A stretch of 64,000 nt of DNA from the human T2T-CHM13v2.0 reference genome, Homo sapiens: the NCBI RefSeq assembly GCF_009914755.1, contig NC_060934.1; one strand, given 5' to 3'. The position numbers and the translations under genes are program-made. Of the stretch, positions 14,029 through 28,232 are shown piece after piece (positions within the stretch are counted from its first letter, which is position 1; every line of letters starts with the position of its first letter). The notes beneath the pieces are model-generated. The model did no database searches. It was not told the DNA's origin and saw only the letters and a list, made by a program, of their open reading frames with translations.

Positions 14029-14101
14029 AAGGCAAAGTTTCTATGGCAAAGGTTTAAGAACATGCAAATTGAATGCGCCTGATTTTAACCTCATTAATCC
14101 T
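14029..14101 (+). repeat. Diverged direct repeat, copy 2 (partner 12893-12961)
   Basis: Aligns by eye with 12893-12961. Confidence 0.75.
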
Positions 14102-17100
14102 GGCTTGGAGATCCCCCGACCTCCTTTCTTGGGTGTCCAGCTCCAGAATGCCCCTCCCCCTTTCACAGGTCCTCCAGCAGAAATGAACACGGCTTCAGTC
14201 CCGAGGACTCCTCTAGCCTAGAAGAAGGAGGCAGCATTGTGCAGACTTTGGAGTCAGACAGGGTGGGGTTCTCGTCCTGGCTGTGCTATTGACATTGTGG
14301 CCTTGAACAAGCTTTAAGTTGCTAGGAACTTCATCTGTAAAATGGGCAGAATGCCCAGCCCATGGTCAGCCCTCAGACCATGCCAGCATGTCCTCCTCTC
14401 CAAAGTTCATTGCGGTGGGATTGAGTGCTCCCTTTCCAATCTCTCTTGGAGTCCTGAATGAGGACAAGAAGCTCTGAGACCTCATGCCCAGCCCCTCCTT
14501 CCTTTGTGTTTCCCAATTAAATAACTGCAAGAGCAAAGTCATGTGGGAGAGGCCGGCAGGCAGGGAATCAGGAAGAAGGAGGAGGGAGGCATCCTTCCTG
14601 GTTTCTTTCTACCTCCCCACCCTCCTACTTGAAGTGTCAAGCCGCCCCCCATCCTGCTTAGAGCGTGCACACAGCACCAATCGCTTCGTACTGGCCCCAT
14701 TAGAAACCAGTGGGCTAGAGCTCTTTAACCATTGTGTAACTTATATGCTTTGTCTAGAACTCCTTCTGATAAGTATTTCCAGTGGTTCATTCACTGGCCA
14801 TAGTGAGTTTGAGGTATGAAACTGTTTTGTTTTATTTTTTCTCGGTATGAAAGGCAGTCTTTTCTCTAGGTACTCTGCATGAGGCCACTTCTCGATATTT
14901 GGGGGCTGGTTGTTATCCACGTTGGGAAATCACCAGATTCCTCCCTCCTTTCTTATTTCCTCTCACCTCCTCCATGTCTGCCCACAAATTCAAACAAAAA
15001 ACAAGGAAGCGAAGAAGCTGCTAATTTCCCTGCTTTATTCCTTTCCTTGAGAGAATGAAACAAGGAAGATGGCAATTCATTTGGTTCCTTGGTAAACAAT
15101 AAAAGAATGGACTCAATGAAGAGAGAAGCTAAAATTGTGTTTTGGATTTCCACAAGTTCAGTAATGTTCTATCCATAGGTTCTTACACCTGTACCCTGGG
15201 TCACAAATTCCCTTTGCCATATCCCATTTCTTTCTGAAAAACTCAGGAATCCACCCCTTTTAGCTGAACTCATAAATCTGCCTTAGTTACAATTCTGTCA
15301 TTTTCTACGTGTGCTGCCATCTTTAAAAAATAATTTTTCAGAAGCCTTTTATACTGTAATTTGTAGAAATTATCATTTCTCCCTCTTGTTATCTAGGCTA
15401 ATTCACCTTAGAATTTTCTGAGAGTGTGCTAATGAAAATAGACATTCTTATGTTAGAATGGCTCCTAAAGGCAAAAGCTGCATTTTTTTGTCCACTTCAG
15501 AGTTTAGGCTTCTTCAGGCATTTTCCTTAGTTGTATGCTGAGAGTGTTCTCTTCAGCTTAATTTGCAAAATGTCCTTTTTTGTGTTAAGTTTACTGTTGT
15601 AGTAAGATTCGAGGTATAAAGCTGGTCTTTTAAAATCCTTACCCTTGCATTTGGCATTAGATGCCTCTGAATCTCACATTCATGGACCTTCAGGTCCATC
15701 TTCTCCATGTGCACCTTCAGCACCTCTAGAGCTCTTTCTTGTCTCCTCAATCTTCTCACCTATGTTTTTCTAAAAGGACTGTGCATCTCAAACAATGCCA
15801 CTTTTTATCTTAATAACCATACTTCTGATAGTGACATTTTTCCCTCCCCTGCTTTTTGCCTTTTCTCGAGAGTATTTCTTATACATAGCATCCTTCAATA
15901 TTCCCATGTTGCAGTTCTCGTTGGTTTATCTGTTTCATGGTCATCTCCACTTTTTTCTATTCCCCTGTCCCCTCGCCCCTGCTATTTCTATGGAGAGGTT
16001 GGTATTGATTTTCTTTCTCTGACGCGCTGTCAGTCATGGTTATTTCTCAGTTCCTCCATGCTCTTTCCTATGAGAATTATTTTTTATGAAAATGGGCATC
16101 CCTTCTCCAGCTTCCTCTCAGATTCCTTTTAAGGATTTAGGGGAAATGTTTCCTTTCTCCTTCAGATGATTTCAATTGCCCACCAATCCTGACTTCTGAC
16201 AAAGGCAAAACCAGGTTTCCAAGGGCAAATTCAATTCACTGCTCTGTCTCCAGCAGTTAGGGTTCATTCTTAGGTTCTGAAATCATTCCCTAAATTTCTT
16301 TTATTTCTCAAACTCCGGTTTTGCCTTTCTGGGGTCCAGGGGCCTTCTGGGTTAAGTGTGAGTCACCGCCACATAAATTCTGCCCTTGCCGTTCACACGC
16401 ACCCCATCGTTGGGTTCCAGAGCAAAAACTCTTCAGGGAGCCTGGCTCTTTCTCCTGCCCTGAGAAGACTGAAATCATGTCAAGGGTGAGAACTTGGTCT
16501 CCTGAGTCTAGAAGTTTTGAAGACCTCACTGGAAATCATTGACTGTGTTGACCTCTGGAACCATCAGCATCCCTCCTGGTTCCCCATAACAGACCCCAGG
16601 AAACCCTAGGAAACCTTCCCAGGCTGCAGAACCTGGAAACAAGAATGACCAATCTCAGTGACCAATATCATCAGGGCTACTCACCAGGCTCGGAAAATCT
16701 CCTTTTGTTCTTCTATTTTCCATATGGAATCAATTCTTATAAGTACCAGGATCCCTGCTGGACATCCTAATTCTGTCAAGATTCTTCCTTCCCTTTCTGT
16801 CTCTGTCTCAGCACCGTCACCACCGTATTGCAGAAGGGAAGCTTGTAAGGCTCTGAAAGGATCCGTACAGCCAGCGACAAACAATGCCCTTTCAGAAAAT
16901 GGAGTTTCTTTACTACTTACTTGAAGTTGTTCTTGGGATCTCTTTCTGCCCTTCTTGCTCCAGAGCTGGTTCATGGTGTCTCAATTCAGTTCATCCCCGT
17001 CCCCAACCCTGATATTTCTTCTAGTGCAGAATCAGTGACCCCTTCCCTGCCCTCACCCCTGGCGGGGGATGTGTAATGTTGAGAAGGAGGATGAGGTGAA

Positions 17101-17299
17101 ACCACACGGTATAGAGCCGGGTGTATGGCTGGGAGGATTGACGATGTGGCTTCCAAATACCTACACAAACGGGTGTCTTTTGGAGGACGACACTGCCTCT
17201 GGATAAATGATCTCTGGGTACACAGAGGAGGCATGCAGTGATTTGTGGTTACTATGAATAGAATTGCCCATGCAGGGCTAGCTCCTTGGGGTTCTGTAC

Positions 17300-17551
17300 C
17301 CTGATTGAGGTCATGGTTAATCAGGGGTGCATTCTCTTTCATAATCCCTGGGGATCTTGCCTGGCATTTTTGTTTAGCTGGAGAAATATTGGCTTCGCTC
17401 TGGCCACAAATTTCCCACACTGGCGTGGCTCGGCGCTTTCTGGCTGCCTTGGAGATCCTGATGCCTGTGACTTTGCAGAATGCCCAGGAACTGCTCGCTC
17501 AGCTACTTTCACTCTCGCTCTAAAGATAATCGCCTCTAAAGCAAGGTAATG
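17300..17551 (+). promoter_or_regulatory. Candidate alternative promoter or exon ending at donor CAAG|GTAATG (17545/17546)
   Basis: Repeat-free, local CpG retention, possible acceptor TTTTTGTTTAG at 17377, CACGTG E-box at ~17626. Confidence 0.35.
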
Positions 17552-18510
17552 GACATGTTTTATCCCCAGCAATTCGGTTTGCCCTTCTGGGGTGCTTCTC
17601 AAAAGAACAGCCTCAGAGATGCTGACACGTGACTTCAGCTAACCAGCTTGTGTGGGTGTGATGTTTAATCATGCCTGTCTTTTTCTTATCTTTTCATTAT
17701 ACCTGCGAATGTCTGTTAGCCACATCCATTAGATGCATTTCTTCTCTTTTTTTTGTAAAAATCAAATCAACCCCTCCCTTCCATTGGATGAGGAGATAAT
17801 TATCATCATTCACTGAAGGTCGACATTCTGTCTTGAATTATTTGTCTTTGGGCAAGAGCTTGAAAGAAGCATTGTAATTCCAACATATCTTCTTGATTAA
17901 ATCTGGTTTTTAGAATGTCATAGAGTGTGATAAGAGGGTCTCATTTGTGTCCCAGGAGAAACTGATTCGTGCTTCCTTGGATGAGATGTTGAGCAAAAGG
18001 ATGGTGAGATTGTAGGAGCAGAAAGAGGGATGGAGAAGAGACTAGAACATGGAAAATCAGGTCCACAAATACTGCTATGTCAGTAGAGAAATGGCCCCTC
18101 AAGATTGGCTCTGGGCACTCATACACATTTGTAACTTTTAAGTCATTTACTTTCAGATACAGTTTTGAGTATTCTTTGAACTACAGGTGTCACTGGAAAT
18201 GATTCCCTCTGCTCAATATGGATTTGCATCTATGTTGATTTCATGTTGTTACCTACCTTATTAAATCCTGTAGGTGAACTCATTTTATTCTATAAGCCAA
18301 GATGCTGTCTTTTTTTTTCTATCATGGAACCAATATAAAAATTCCCTCATTTTTTTTTTTTTTTTTGAGAGTGTCCTTAGTATACCCAGACCCCCCAACC
18401 CATTGAGGTCAGTAATTTTAATCTTAAGAGGAGATATTTTCTCATTTGTAAAATAGGGCTCCTGACTCAGTTTCTTGGGTCTCTTCCCAGAGATATTCTT
18501 TATTTATATA

Positions 18511-19054
18511 CAGTGCTCCCCACTCATACCCCTGAATCTGCAACTTTACTTTCCACAGTTTTAGCGACTTTTGGTCAACTACAATCTGAAAACGTGAAAT
18601 GGGAAATGCCAGAAATAAACAATTCCTAAATTTTAATTTGTGAGCTGTTCTGAGTGGCGTGATGAAATCTCCTACTGTCCCACTCTGTTCTTCCCATGAC
18701 GTTAATCATCCTTCTTCCAGTGTATCCACAGTGTATACACCACCCATCCTAGCATCACTTAGGAGCCATCTCAGTGAGCAGGTCCACTGTCGAGGTATCG
18801 CAGGGCTTGTGTTCAAGTAACCATTATTTTCCTTGATAACAATCCCAAAGCATAAGAGTAGTGATGCTGGTGATTCAGATATGCCCAAGAGAAGCCATAA
18901 AGTGCTTCCTTTAAGTGAAAAGGTAAATGTTTATTCCAGGTATATATAGGAAAAAATAAATAGTATATATAGAATTTGGTACTATCCAAGGTTTCTGGCA
19001 ACCAGTAGGGGTCTTGGAACATATCCCCCCATTGCAGATAAGGGAGAACTACCA
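18511..19054 (+). mobile_element. MER44B-like Tigger (TcMar) MITE
   Basis: TA|CAGTG..GGAAATGCCAGAAATAAACAATT..GGGGTCTTGGAACATATCCCC..GATAAGGG..ACTACCA|TA. Confidence 0.85.
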
Positions 19055-20477
19055 TAAACATGTATCTGCATGTATTTTTTTTATGTGGAAAGGAACATAT
19101 CATGCATACTGTCTAGCCACCATACTTAACTTCGTTTTGACAATGTGTCTCTGAAGAGATTGTAGCCTGTCTGCACACAAGCCTGTACCTTGCGCTTTTG
19201 TCCTGATTGAATAGTGTTCCATTGTATAAATTATTATAATGTGTTTTCCGAGCCTCCTGTTAATCTAGATTGTCTCTGATAGGTTACTATTACTGACAGT
19301 GCTGCAGTGAGGATCCTTGCACACCCATCTTGGCATGTATGTATGAGTCCATCGGAAGGATACATTTCTGTAAATAGGATTGCTGGGTGAAAGGTATATT
19401 TGCTTTTGTTTTGATGAAAACAGTCATCTAGCGCATGAGCATGTCTGTTTGCCCCATCTCAAGGTTTTATGCCTTCTAGTTAAGCATCGGCTACTACATG
19501 TAGAGCTCAGGACACTGACCCATGCACGAAAGGTACATAAGTCAAAGTTACTAATTAACATGTATCTTAGTAGGAGTTTGGGGTATTTGTTCAGGATTGC
19601 TGATCTCATGGCTAGATTAGTGAACATTCATCCCAAGAGTGAAAGGCTCTGGAATTTAACCACAAGCTTAGGCTTTGAAGATATGGTATCTCCCACCCAT
19701 CTCCCTCTGATGGCAGATTAACTAGGCGGTGGGCAGAACCAACCCTTCCACACGCCAGCCTGTCTTCCTTAGAGAGCACAAGTGCATTTGCCCAGAACAT
19801 TCACACTTTCAGACCTGGAGACGAAACACAATTTTTTGGCAGCAAATCTCAAATAACATGTATTTAGGATTACAAAGTCACAGTTTTGCAACCAGAGGGC
19901 TTGGGAAGGAGTTGCTTAAAGCAAGAAAATTGCAATGCAGTTTTTACAAAAATTAAAGATATAAAGTCCATCTTCCCAAATTACATTCCACACATTTACT
20001 TCTCTACAAATGCCATTTGCACACAATATACCCAGTTTGCACTGAATTCCATTCCTTGCTTCTTTTTCCCTTCTTAGTCACACACTATCTGTGCGTGTCA
20101 AGACACTGTTGTATAAAACTGCTGTATAGAACTAGGTATTTTATTTTGTTTTGTCTTTGCTTTAAATTTTATACACTTTTTGGATTAGGTCATTGAATAC
20201 TTATCCTGTTTTCATCTGAATTTTCTTGGGAGAGAAAATTTAAATATTTACCTTCATCTTAAAAAAAAAGAAAGAAAGAAACCAATCCAGATGACAGAAA
20301 CTGAGAGGGACATGGTGGTTGCAGGTGTCCGTGTGTGCTGGGAATGCAGAAACATGCCTGGAGCAGTGGAGGCTGTGCTCTGGCTCTGCCAAAACACCCT
20401 GTGGGCCTATTGAGATCCACCACCACCTAATGGAGGAATTGCCTTCTTTCCTTTTTTTCAGTAAGCTCTTCATTGAA

Positions 20478-21170
<693 letters not shown>

Positions 21171-21174
21171 TCCT

Positions 21175-21695
21175 AAAGTATAATGTATAGAAATAATGTG
21201 TGAACAGCTTGATAAATTTTTACACAGTGAACATATCCCTAAAAACCTGCATCCAGATCAAGAAACAGAACACTACCAGCACCCCAGGAACAAGTGGCTA
21301 CCTTTTGAGTCACTCTTCAGCCTCTGACGATCTTTAACAATGTTGACCTCTCTGAACATAGATTAGTTTGCCTTTTTTTTTTTTTGAGTTTAACGTAATT
21401 GGAATGATATGGTGTATACTCTTTTGTGCCTAAGTTTCTTTTACTCAGTTTTATGTTTGTAACATTCATCCATGTTGTAGCAAATAATTATACCTGGTTA
21501 GTGTTCGCGGCTGTGTAGTATTCCATTACAGGAATACACCGCTATTTATTCATTCTACTCTTGATGGATATAGGTTGTTTCTAGTTTCTGGCTATTACAA
21601 AGAATGTTGCTGTGAACATTTTTTACATGTCTTTTGGAGAACATACGTACACATTTCTGTCAGGTATACACCTGGGGTGGAATTGCTGGGTTGTT
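21175..21695 (-). mobile_element. Old L1M (L1MB8/L1ME-type) 3' fragment
   Basis: CATTCATCCATGTTGTAGC..GTAGTATTCCATT..GGAATTGCTGGGT. Confidence 0.75.
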
Positions 21696-21754
21696 AAATT
21701 TCCTTACTGGGGCCTATAAGACCAGGTCTCGCCTGCTGCTAGATTCTTGTCATC

Positions 21755-22620
21755 ATTAATCATCATCTATATGCCAGGCACTGTGTGAGGCATTGGGAAT
21801 AGTAAGGAGCAGAAGCAGATGTGGTTTCTGCTTTTGTGCCAGCATTAATTAAGCAAACACCAAGGTAAGGTGGTGTGATTGCCATGGAGGTAAGTGCTGA
21901 AGAGGAAAGAGGCAGGATCCCAGGACAGCTTACTGTTAGGTTTTTTAAAGGGAAGGTGAGGGTTAAAGAAAAACAGAGAGAGAGTTGGCGGCCCTACAGC
22001 AAAACGTAGGCTTTATGTCCAACATAAAACCTGCAGAGGTTGGGGGCCAGCTTAATGCCAGTGCCCACCGCTGCTTACAGGCTGGGGCAATTATAGGCCT
22101 GAGCAGGAGGGGTCTGGGGGGAGCATGGCCTGCTGCCTGGGAAAATGTTGATAACATGTTCCCACGATGAGGTGGTTTGGCCCTTGTTCTGGTGGAATGT
22201 GATGTTCCTTGCCCTTTCTCCCAGCAAAGTCAGGCAGTTGGTCAGGCTGTTTCTCACGGCCCGAACCCCCCGTGGAATGTTTCACTTTGACCAAGGTCTG
22301 CGAAATGACAGGGAGCTTACGAAATGGTGCAACTTGGACTAACACTTATGACATAGGAAGTGGATCTGGGCTGGGGGAGAGGGTGGCATGGAAGGGGGGC
22401 TTTCCTGAAACAGTGACACAGCTGAGATTGGAGGGATGAGGAGAGTATACCAGGGTACGGTGAGGGAGAAGCTTCCCAGGAAGCTGGAAGAGCACGCGGG
22501 GCATGTTCCTGGAGCTGAAGGAGTGCCAAGGTGCCAGAGCATGGAGGCGGGAATGGGGATAGGGGAGGTGGCGAGGCTGACATTGGGGTTGGGGCTGCAG
22601 CCTTTGTGCCTGTGATGGGA
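21755..22620 (-). mobile_element. L2 fragment hosting the LTR3-like element
   Basis: ATGCCAGGCACTGTG..; GGCTTTCCTGAAACAGTGAC..CTGAGATTGGAGGGATGAGGAG resumes after the LTR. Confidence 0.55.
21934..22344 (-). mobile_element. ERV solo LTR, LTR3 (HERV-K HML-6)-like
   Basis: TGTTAG...CTAACA inverted termini, TSD CTTAC/CTTAT; reverse complement contains GCAGACCTTGGTCAAAGTGAAACATTCCACGGGGGGTTCGGGCCGTGAGAAAC and a TATAA box. Confidence 0.75.
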
Positions 22621-25089
22621 GCCCAGACCTATAGCTGTGAGGTGTGTTGGTTTGAGAACTCTCCAGATCTCGCCTTCCTTGCAGATTCGTATCACAGCAG
22701 AGCAGGAAGGGCCCATTCAGCTACAAGAATTAGTAGGAAGCATTTGAAATGGTCCACAGCTGCTCACAATCCTTAAGGGAGTTTATCTGTAACTGAGAGA
22801 GTATGGGGAGGTGTCTGGACAGTCAGGAAGTAACTGTCGCAGGTGGCATTTTCTGGCTGGGCACAGGATCAGATGGATGTCTTTCTGTCTGTTGACAGGT
22901 CCTCCTGAGGACCAAGGCCTGCATAGTCTGATTTATGCTATATGTATGTAACTACTTTAGTACAGTTGAGGGCTCTTGAAGTCATGCTGTGTTTTTAGGA
23001 AGATATTTGAGCAGGAGATCATGAAAATTTTGCAAGAATCTGCAATCTGGAAGAGTGTTGATTCAATATACATTCATTAGGTGCCCACTCTGGGTTAGTG
23101 TGTCTCGCACTGTCCTGGACACTAGGGATTCAGCAGTGAACAAAAGCAGACAAAATTCCCCAACCTCTTAATGTTTATATTCATCCAAAATTTTCTTTCA
23201 AAATGGATTGTTTTGATGAGCTGCCGGATCTCTTGACCCCTCGGAGAATTTTACATTAGGGAAAAGTGCTTGTGTGTAGGCATAAGAAAGAAAGAAAATC
23301 TAGGATTGGAAAGTTGGAAACCAGTTTTCTACAGCCTTCCAGAAAGAACTCAACTCGAGGACTGACGTGGTGGTGGAAGGCAGAGTGGCAGGGGAAAGAG
23401 CACCAGCATCAATGGGAACATTCTAGCTGGGACGCTTCCTTGTGGTACGACTTGGGGCAACTTTGATCTTCTAAATGGGTATTAATAGTTCCCACCTGCA
23501 GGACTGAACTGTGGAAATGCACTGAGATCCAGCAGTTCAAATCCCTGGCCTGAGTATTGGGTGATTGTTGCGGTCATGAAGGCATGAGGCTTCTGTGCGA
23601 CCTGGGTGACTAACACAGCCCACAAGCAGTGAGGAAGCCACTCCCAGCGGCCCTGCCCGTCTGGGTCCTCCTGCCCTCACTGGGTGTTCCCAGCCCCACT
23701 ATACTGTCTCCCTCTCCCTCCTTCTCCAAGTGCCCAGACCTGCTCCAGCTGCCCCTGATACTCAGCAATGCAGACTTGTCTGGAAACATGGACAACAAGG
23801 CAGCTTGGCATTTCCGAGCCAACTGCTGAGATGAAACAGGTTCATTGTCAAGGCCAGGGCCAGGGCAGGAAGTCTAGTTGGAGGCCCCAGGGTAGCTCGC
23901 CCCAGAGTTCTGAAAGAGCACTGTTTAGAATTTTGTAACCATCTGTTGGCTTGGGTATGTGTTTGATGGCTGTGGCTGTGGGTTGAGGTGGAGTAATGTT
24001 GACCTTGGAAGGTTAGGATGCTTTTGTTTCTGATGAGACCATCTAGTGTAGGTCAAAAGGACTGTGTCGGAGATAGAAAACAACATTTTTTTTAAGTTGG
24101 GTGTTTTTGAATCAGCCAAACCTTAATGCATTGGGCAGAAGTGGCCCCTGGGGTAGTACCAGCTTGGTCTGAGTGTTTCATGGGCAAGGGTGGGGGCTGG
24201 GAAGAGAAGCTTGCCCAAGGCCCTGCTGCAGAGGGAGGGGCAGGAGAGCTAGTGGGAGCCAGGTGTGTGGAGCTGCCTTTCACAGAACTGGGTTATGGAC
24301 CCACCAGAGAGATGGAGCCCCTTCTCTCCTTCCCGTCCCCCATGTCTCCCTCTCCCACCAGGGCTTGGTAGGGGTGGGGAAAGCAAGTTTATGGCCACCT
24401 TGATGTTCACTGGAGTGGCCCGAGGACTCCTTTCTGAGTTAAAGTGACTTGTTTTCTTCTTACCTTTATTCATCCCCTTACTCAGTAGGATGGCAGCAGA
24501 TATAACATCATTATGTGTGTGAAAACATACAAAGACACTCGTTCTAGGGGGTGTTGTCCAGCAGATGCATGGACGTCCATGTTAACTCTTGTGAGTACAG
24601 AAGAGGATGCAGAAGTTAGCTGGATCCAGATGCTGGATCTCCAACATCCTTGGAGATGTGTGGTGTTGGATGCTTCTGTCCAGGGTAACATGGCTCTCAT
24701 TACCTGGGCTTCAGAGCCTTCTCTACCTTACCATCTGCATTTGTTTTTTCTTTTTGATTGGGTGGCATTCACCTGGGCTTTCCTTCACTTCCTGACGATT
24801 CAAGATGGCAATTCTCATCTCTGGTCAGGCTGAGCTTCTCTCAGCAGCTCCTGACATTTCCTCCAGCTTGTCTCACCTTCTCAGTTGTCTCCCATTCCCA
24901 CCAGCACATCCTTTGACCTTATCTTCCATACCCTTCTGCACCTAGGACCTCTTCCACTCCTTCCCAGTCAAGAAGCACCTATGAATAAGCACAGGTATTC
25001 AATATTTGTTAGGGTGGATACAGGTAAAATAAGAAATCATCTGTAGAGGTGACGTAGAAAGCACAGATAATAGAGAAATAACAGGTATC

Positions 25090-25720
25090 TGCCTCTGTCA
25101 TCTTTCCTGAGCTCCAGATGTCAGTATTTAGGGGACTGCAGCTGTTTCCACATTATATCTTCTGGCACCAACAACTTCATGTGTCCGAAGTTGAACTCAT
25201 GCAAACTCAGCCTTTGTTTTCCACATGACTCCTCCATCAACTCAGAAAGTGAAAGAGACCCACAGGTCATCCTCAACTCCTTCCTTTCCCTCACCTCTAC
25301 CCCATGTCCACTCACCAAGTTCTGCCAGCTTTCAGTCCTAAATTTTCCCCGAATCTCTATCTTCTCTCCAAGACTGCCCCACCAAGCCTTCTGCCATTTG
25401 TCAACTCACAACTCTGTGGCAGCCTGAAATTGTTTTCAATTCCCAGTAGCTATGTACCTGAGGGCTGCCCCCTGCCCCCCATCACCTGGCTTTGTCCTAC
25501 TCTTTCACCAAGCCTGAGCTCAGACCTCACCTCCTCTAGGAACCCCTCCAGGACCAGAGTACATGACCCCCCTCCCTCCCCAGGAGAGCCCTGCAGTACC
25601 TCTTCCAGGATCCTGCTCCTCTAGAATGCCCACTTCCCACCCAGTGTGAGGATGATCAGTTTACGTGCCTGCCTCCCCATGGACGTACACTCCTCTAGGG
25701 CAGAACCCAAAAGCTGCTGA
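25090..25720 (+). mobile_element. L2 fragment
   Basis: CTGAGCTCCAGA.., GTCATCCTCAACTCCTTCCTTTCCCTCACC, CACCTCCTCTAGGAACCCCTCC. Confidence 0.6.
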
Positions 25721-27289
25721 AATTATCTTTGCCCAGTTTGACAGAGGGAGGGAAATGTAGTGGACTGAAAGTTGAGACACCAGGTTCAGCCTGACCCCAG
25801 TGAGTGCTCCACCCTTTTTTGTAGATTAAATGAACCCAGAAGTTAGTTCATGATGTAGTTCCTGTAAAAAATAATAAATAAACCTAGGAGGAGCCTCAAA
25901 GTCCCTTCCTGACCTGATGTTCTGCGATTCTGCCAGAGGAATCTGCTCTCTCCAGCCTGACTTTTCTATCTACACCTCCTCATCAGAGGAGCCTTCTGCA
26001 CTACTGCCCTCTCCCAAGTCAGGGGCTGGGGACAAGGAAGACTTTCACTTTTCAGTAGCTTCCTGAGCCATTTCTTTCTTAGCTCCCAGGCTGGAGGCCT
26101 TTTCCCAGGTCTCTAATGGACAAACTTTCCACACATGACTTAAGAGAAGAAGACACAGGACTTGGACTTGGACAGTTTTGCTGCATGAACCACTGAAGTC
26201 TCTGGAACCTTAGCAACATGGACCCCTGGACCTTGGTCTTGAGTGTGGGGCCTGTGACAGTCCCCTGGCAGTGTGCTCATCCTGGCCTTTTTCTGGAGCT
26301 ACTAAAGGAAAGAAACCCAGTTGAACCCAGGATTTTTTTCTTTACCCCCGAACTTCTTTGTACAGAAGTTTCACTTTCTCATAACATGATTTCTTTCTTT
26401 TACAAAAGACAAAATAAAACAGAACCCAAACTTGACACACAAATCCAACCACTACTGCTACTGTTCAGGCAGCTGGTCTATATTTTAGTAGCTCACCTGT
26501 TTCAAAAGCACCTAGGTAGTAGCTGGGAGGCTCGGTTAGTATTTCAAACCCCCAAAAGCTGCACAAAGCAGAGGCTCGGGTTCTTGAGTAGAGGGCTGAT
26601 GCTAGAAACATAAAGAGATTCATCTGCATCTTCTTCAACAGTGTGCCTCACCTCCACCTCTCACTGTGAAAGATCTGCTTTCTGCTGAGCATGGACCTGG
26701 GAGAGATGTGTTCCCCGGAAGGCGGCCCGGGCTGTCATCAAGTCAGTTGCACAGGGACAGTGTGAAGCCTTCTCACTGTGGCACGAGCCATCACTCTCAG
26801 AGCACCTCAAGCCTGGCAGGGTTCCGAAAACCTCAGGGTTTAATCACTCCCCTGTTTAAGGAACTCAGACACAATGTATTTTACAAATTATTTTTGAAAG
26901 GTTTATATGAAGTGTTAAATTTTATGAACTGTATATTTTACCAACAATGGAAAAAAAAGGCTTATGAGCTTAGAGGCTTTCACATTCATTATTTCACTTA
27001 ATTCTCTAAACCTCCAATGGGGTAAATCAATTTCTGTTTTGCAGACCATTAGACCAAGGCACAGAGAGATTAAGTGGCTTGCCAAAAGGGGTAAGAGTTT
27101 TCATGGGCTAACTGGGGTTATTTTTTTCACAGTTCATCAAATGACAAGTTTAACGTGATATATCTTATTTTATGTTGCATGTGATAAATAGTTACACTTT
27201 TTATTTGTTAATTACTAGGTTTTAATGGTCAACTTTAGTCCAAAGCTTCTCCCTCTTCTCACCTTCTCCCAGCCTTCTGATTCAGTTTA

Positions 27290-27350
27290 TACATACACAC
27301 ACACACACACACAACATACACAGAGGCACACACATGCATGCATGCATGCA
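27290..27350. repeat. (CA)n/(CATG)n microsatellite
   Basis: Directly visible. Confidence 0.85.
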
Positions 27351-27364
27351 ATACCCACATTGTT

Positions 27365-27667
27365 CTTTTATATTATTATTATTTTTTGAGGTGGCATCTT
27401 GCTCTGTTGCCCAGGCTGGAGTGCAGTGGCACAAACTCAGCTCACTGCAACCTCTGCCTCCCAGTTCAAGCGATTCTCATGCCTCAGTCTCCTGAGTAGC
27501 TGGGACCACAGATGCGCACCATCACACCCGGCTAATTTTTGTATTTTTAGTAGAGATGGGGTTTCACCATGTTAGCCAGGCTGGTCTTGAACTGCTGACC
27601 TCAGGTGATCCGACTACCTCAGCTTCCCAGAGTGCTGGGATTACAGGTGTGAGCCACGGTGCCCAGC
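27365..27667 (-). mobile_element. Alu SINE, AluS
   Basis: Full reverse Alu; TSD TGT(T/C)CTTTTAT. Confidence 0.95.
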
Positions 27668-27799
27668 TGTCCTTTTATTTTTATTTGGTGTTCCTTGTTG
27701 GAAGAGATCAGCTTCTCTTCACTAGAGAAATTTTTCAGTGATCCTGGTGGGGGCTCCAGTCCCCTTTTCATTAGGAAGAAATAGAGTAGAATGATTGGG

Positions 27800-28020
27800 A
27801 GTACAGTGACAGGGTGGTGTCACATTTCCTGAGTTTGAGCCTCAGCTCTTCCACTTGCTGGCTGTGTGGCACTGGGCAAACTCCTTCACCTCTCAGTGCC
27901 TCAGATACCTCTCTATACAGAGGAAATGCAAGCGGAAGTATAAGGAAGATCACACGAAATAGCGCCTGTCAATCACTGTCAAGCACAGTGCCTGGCACAC
28001 AGTAGGTTTGCAGGATGCCT
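27800..28020 (+). mobile_element. MIR
   Basis: CCTGAGTTTGAGCCTCAGCTCTTCCACTTGCTGGCTGTGTG..AGCACAGTGCCTGGCACACAGTAGG. Confidence 0.75.
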
Positions 28021-28232
28021 GTGGTTTCTGTCACCCTGATGTGACTCTCCTGGGGCCCTTGAAGGTAGCATTCCAGGCCCTCAGAATCTCCAGGGGAGTG
28101 ACTGGGAGCTGTAGTTTCACCAGCACCGGGCTGATGCTTGTAGCTGGGAAACGCCACTACCAAGGTGATGAAAGGTGAAGGTGGGTTGATATATAAAATA
28201 AAAGAACTTGGAGGAAAGTTAATACCTTTGAA

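Noticed and set aside
14830-16400. T-rich stretch possibly derived from ancient L1/HAL1
   Set aside because: Too diverged to assign family or boundaries by eye.
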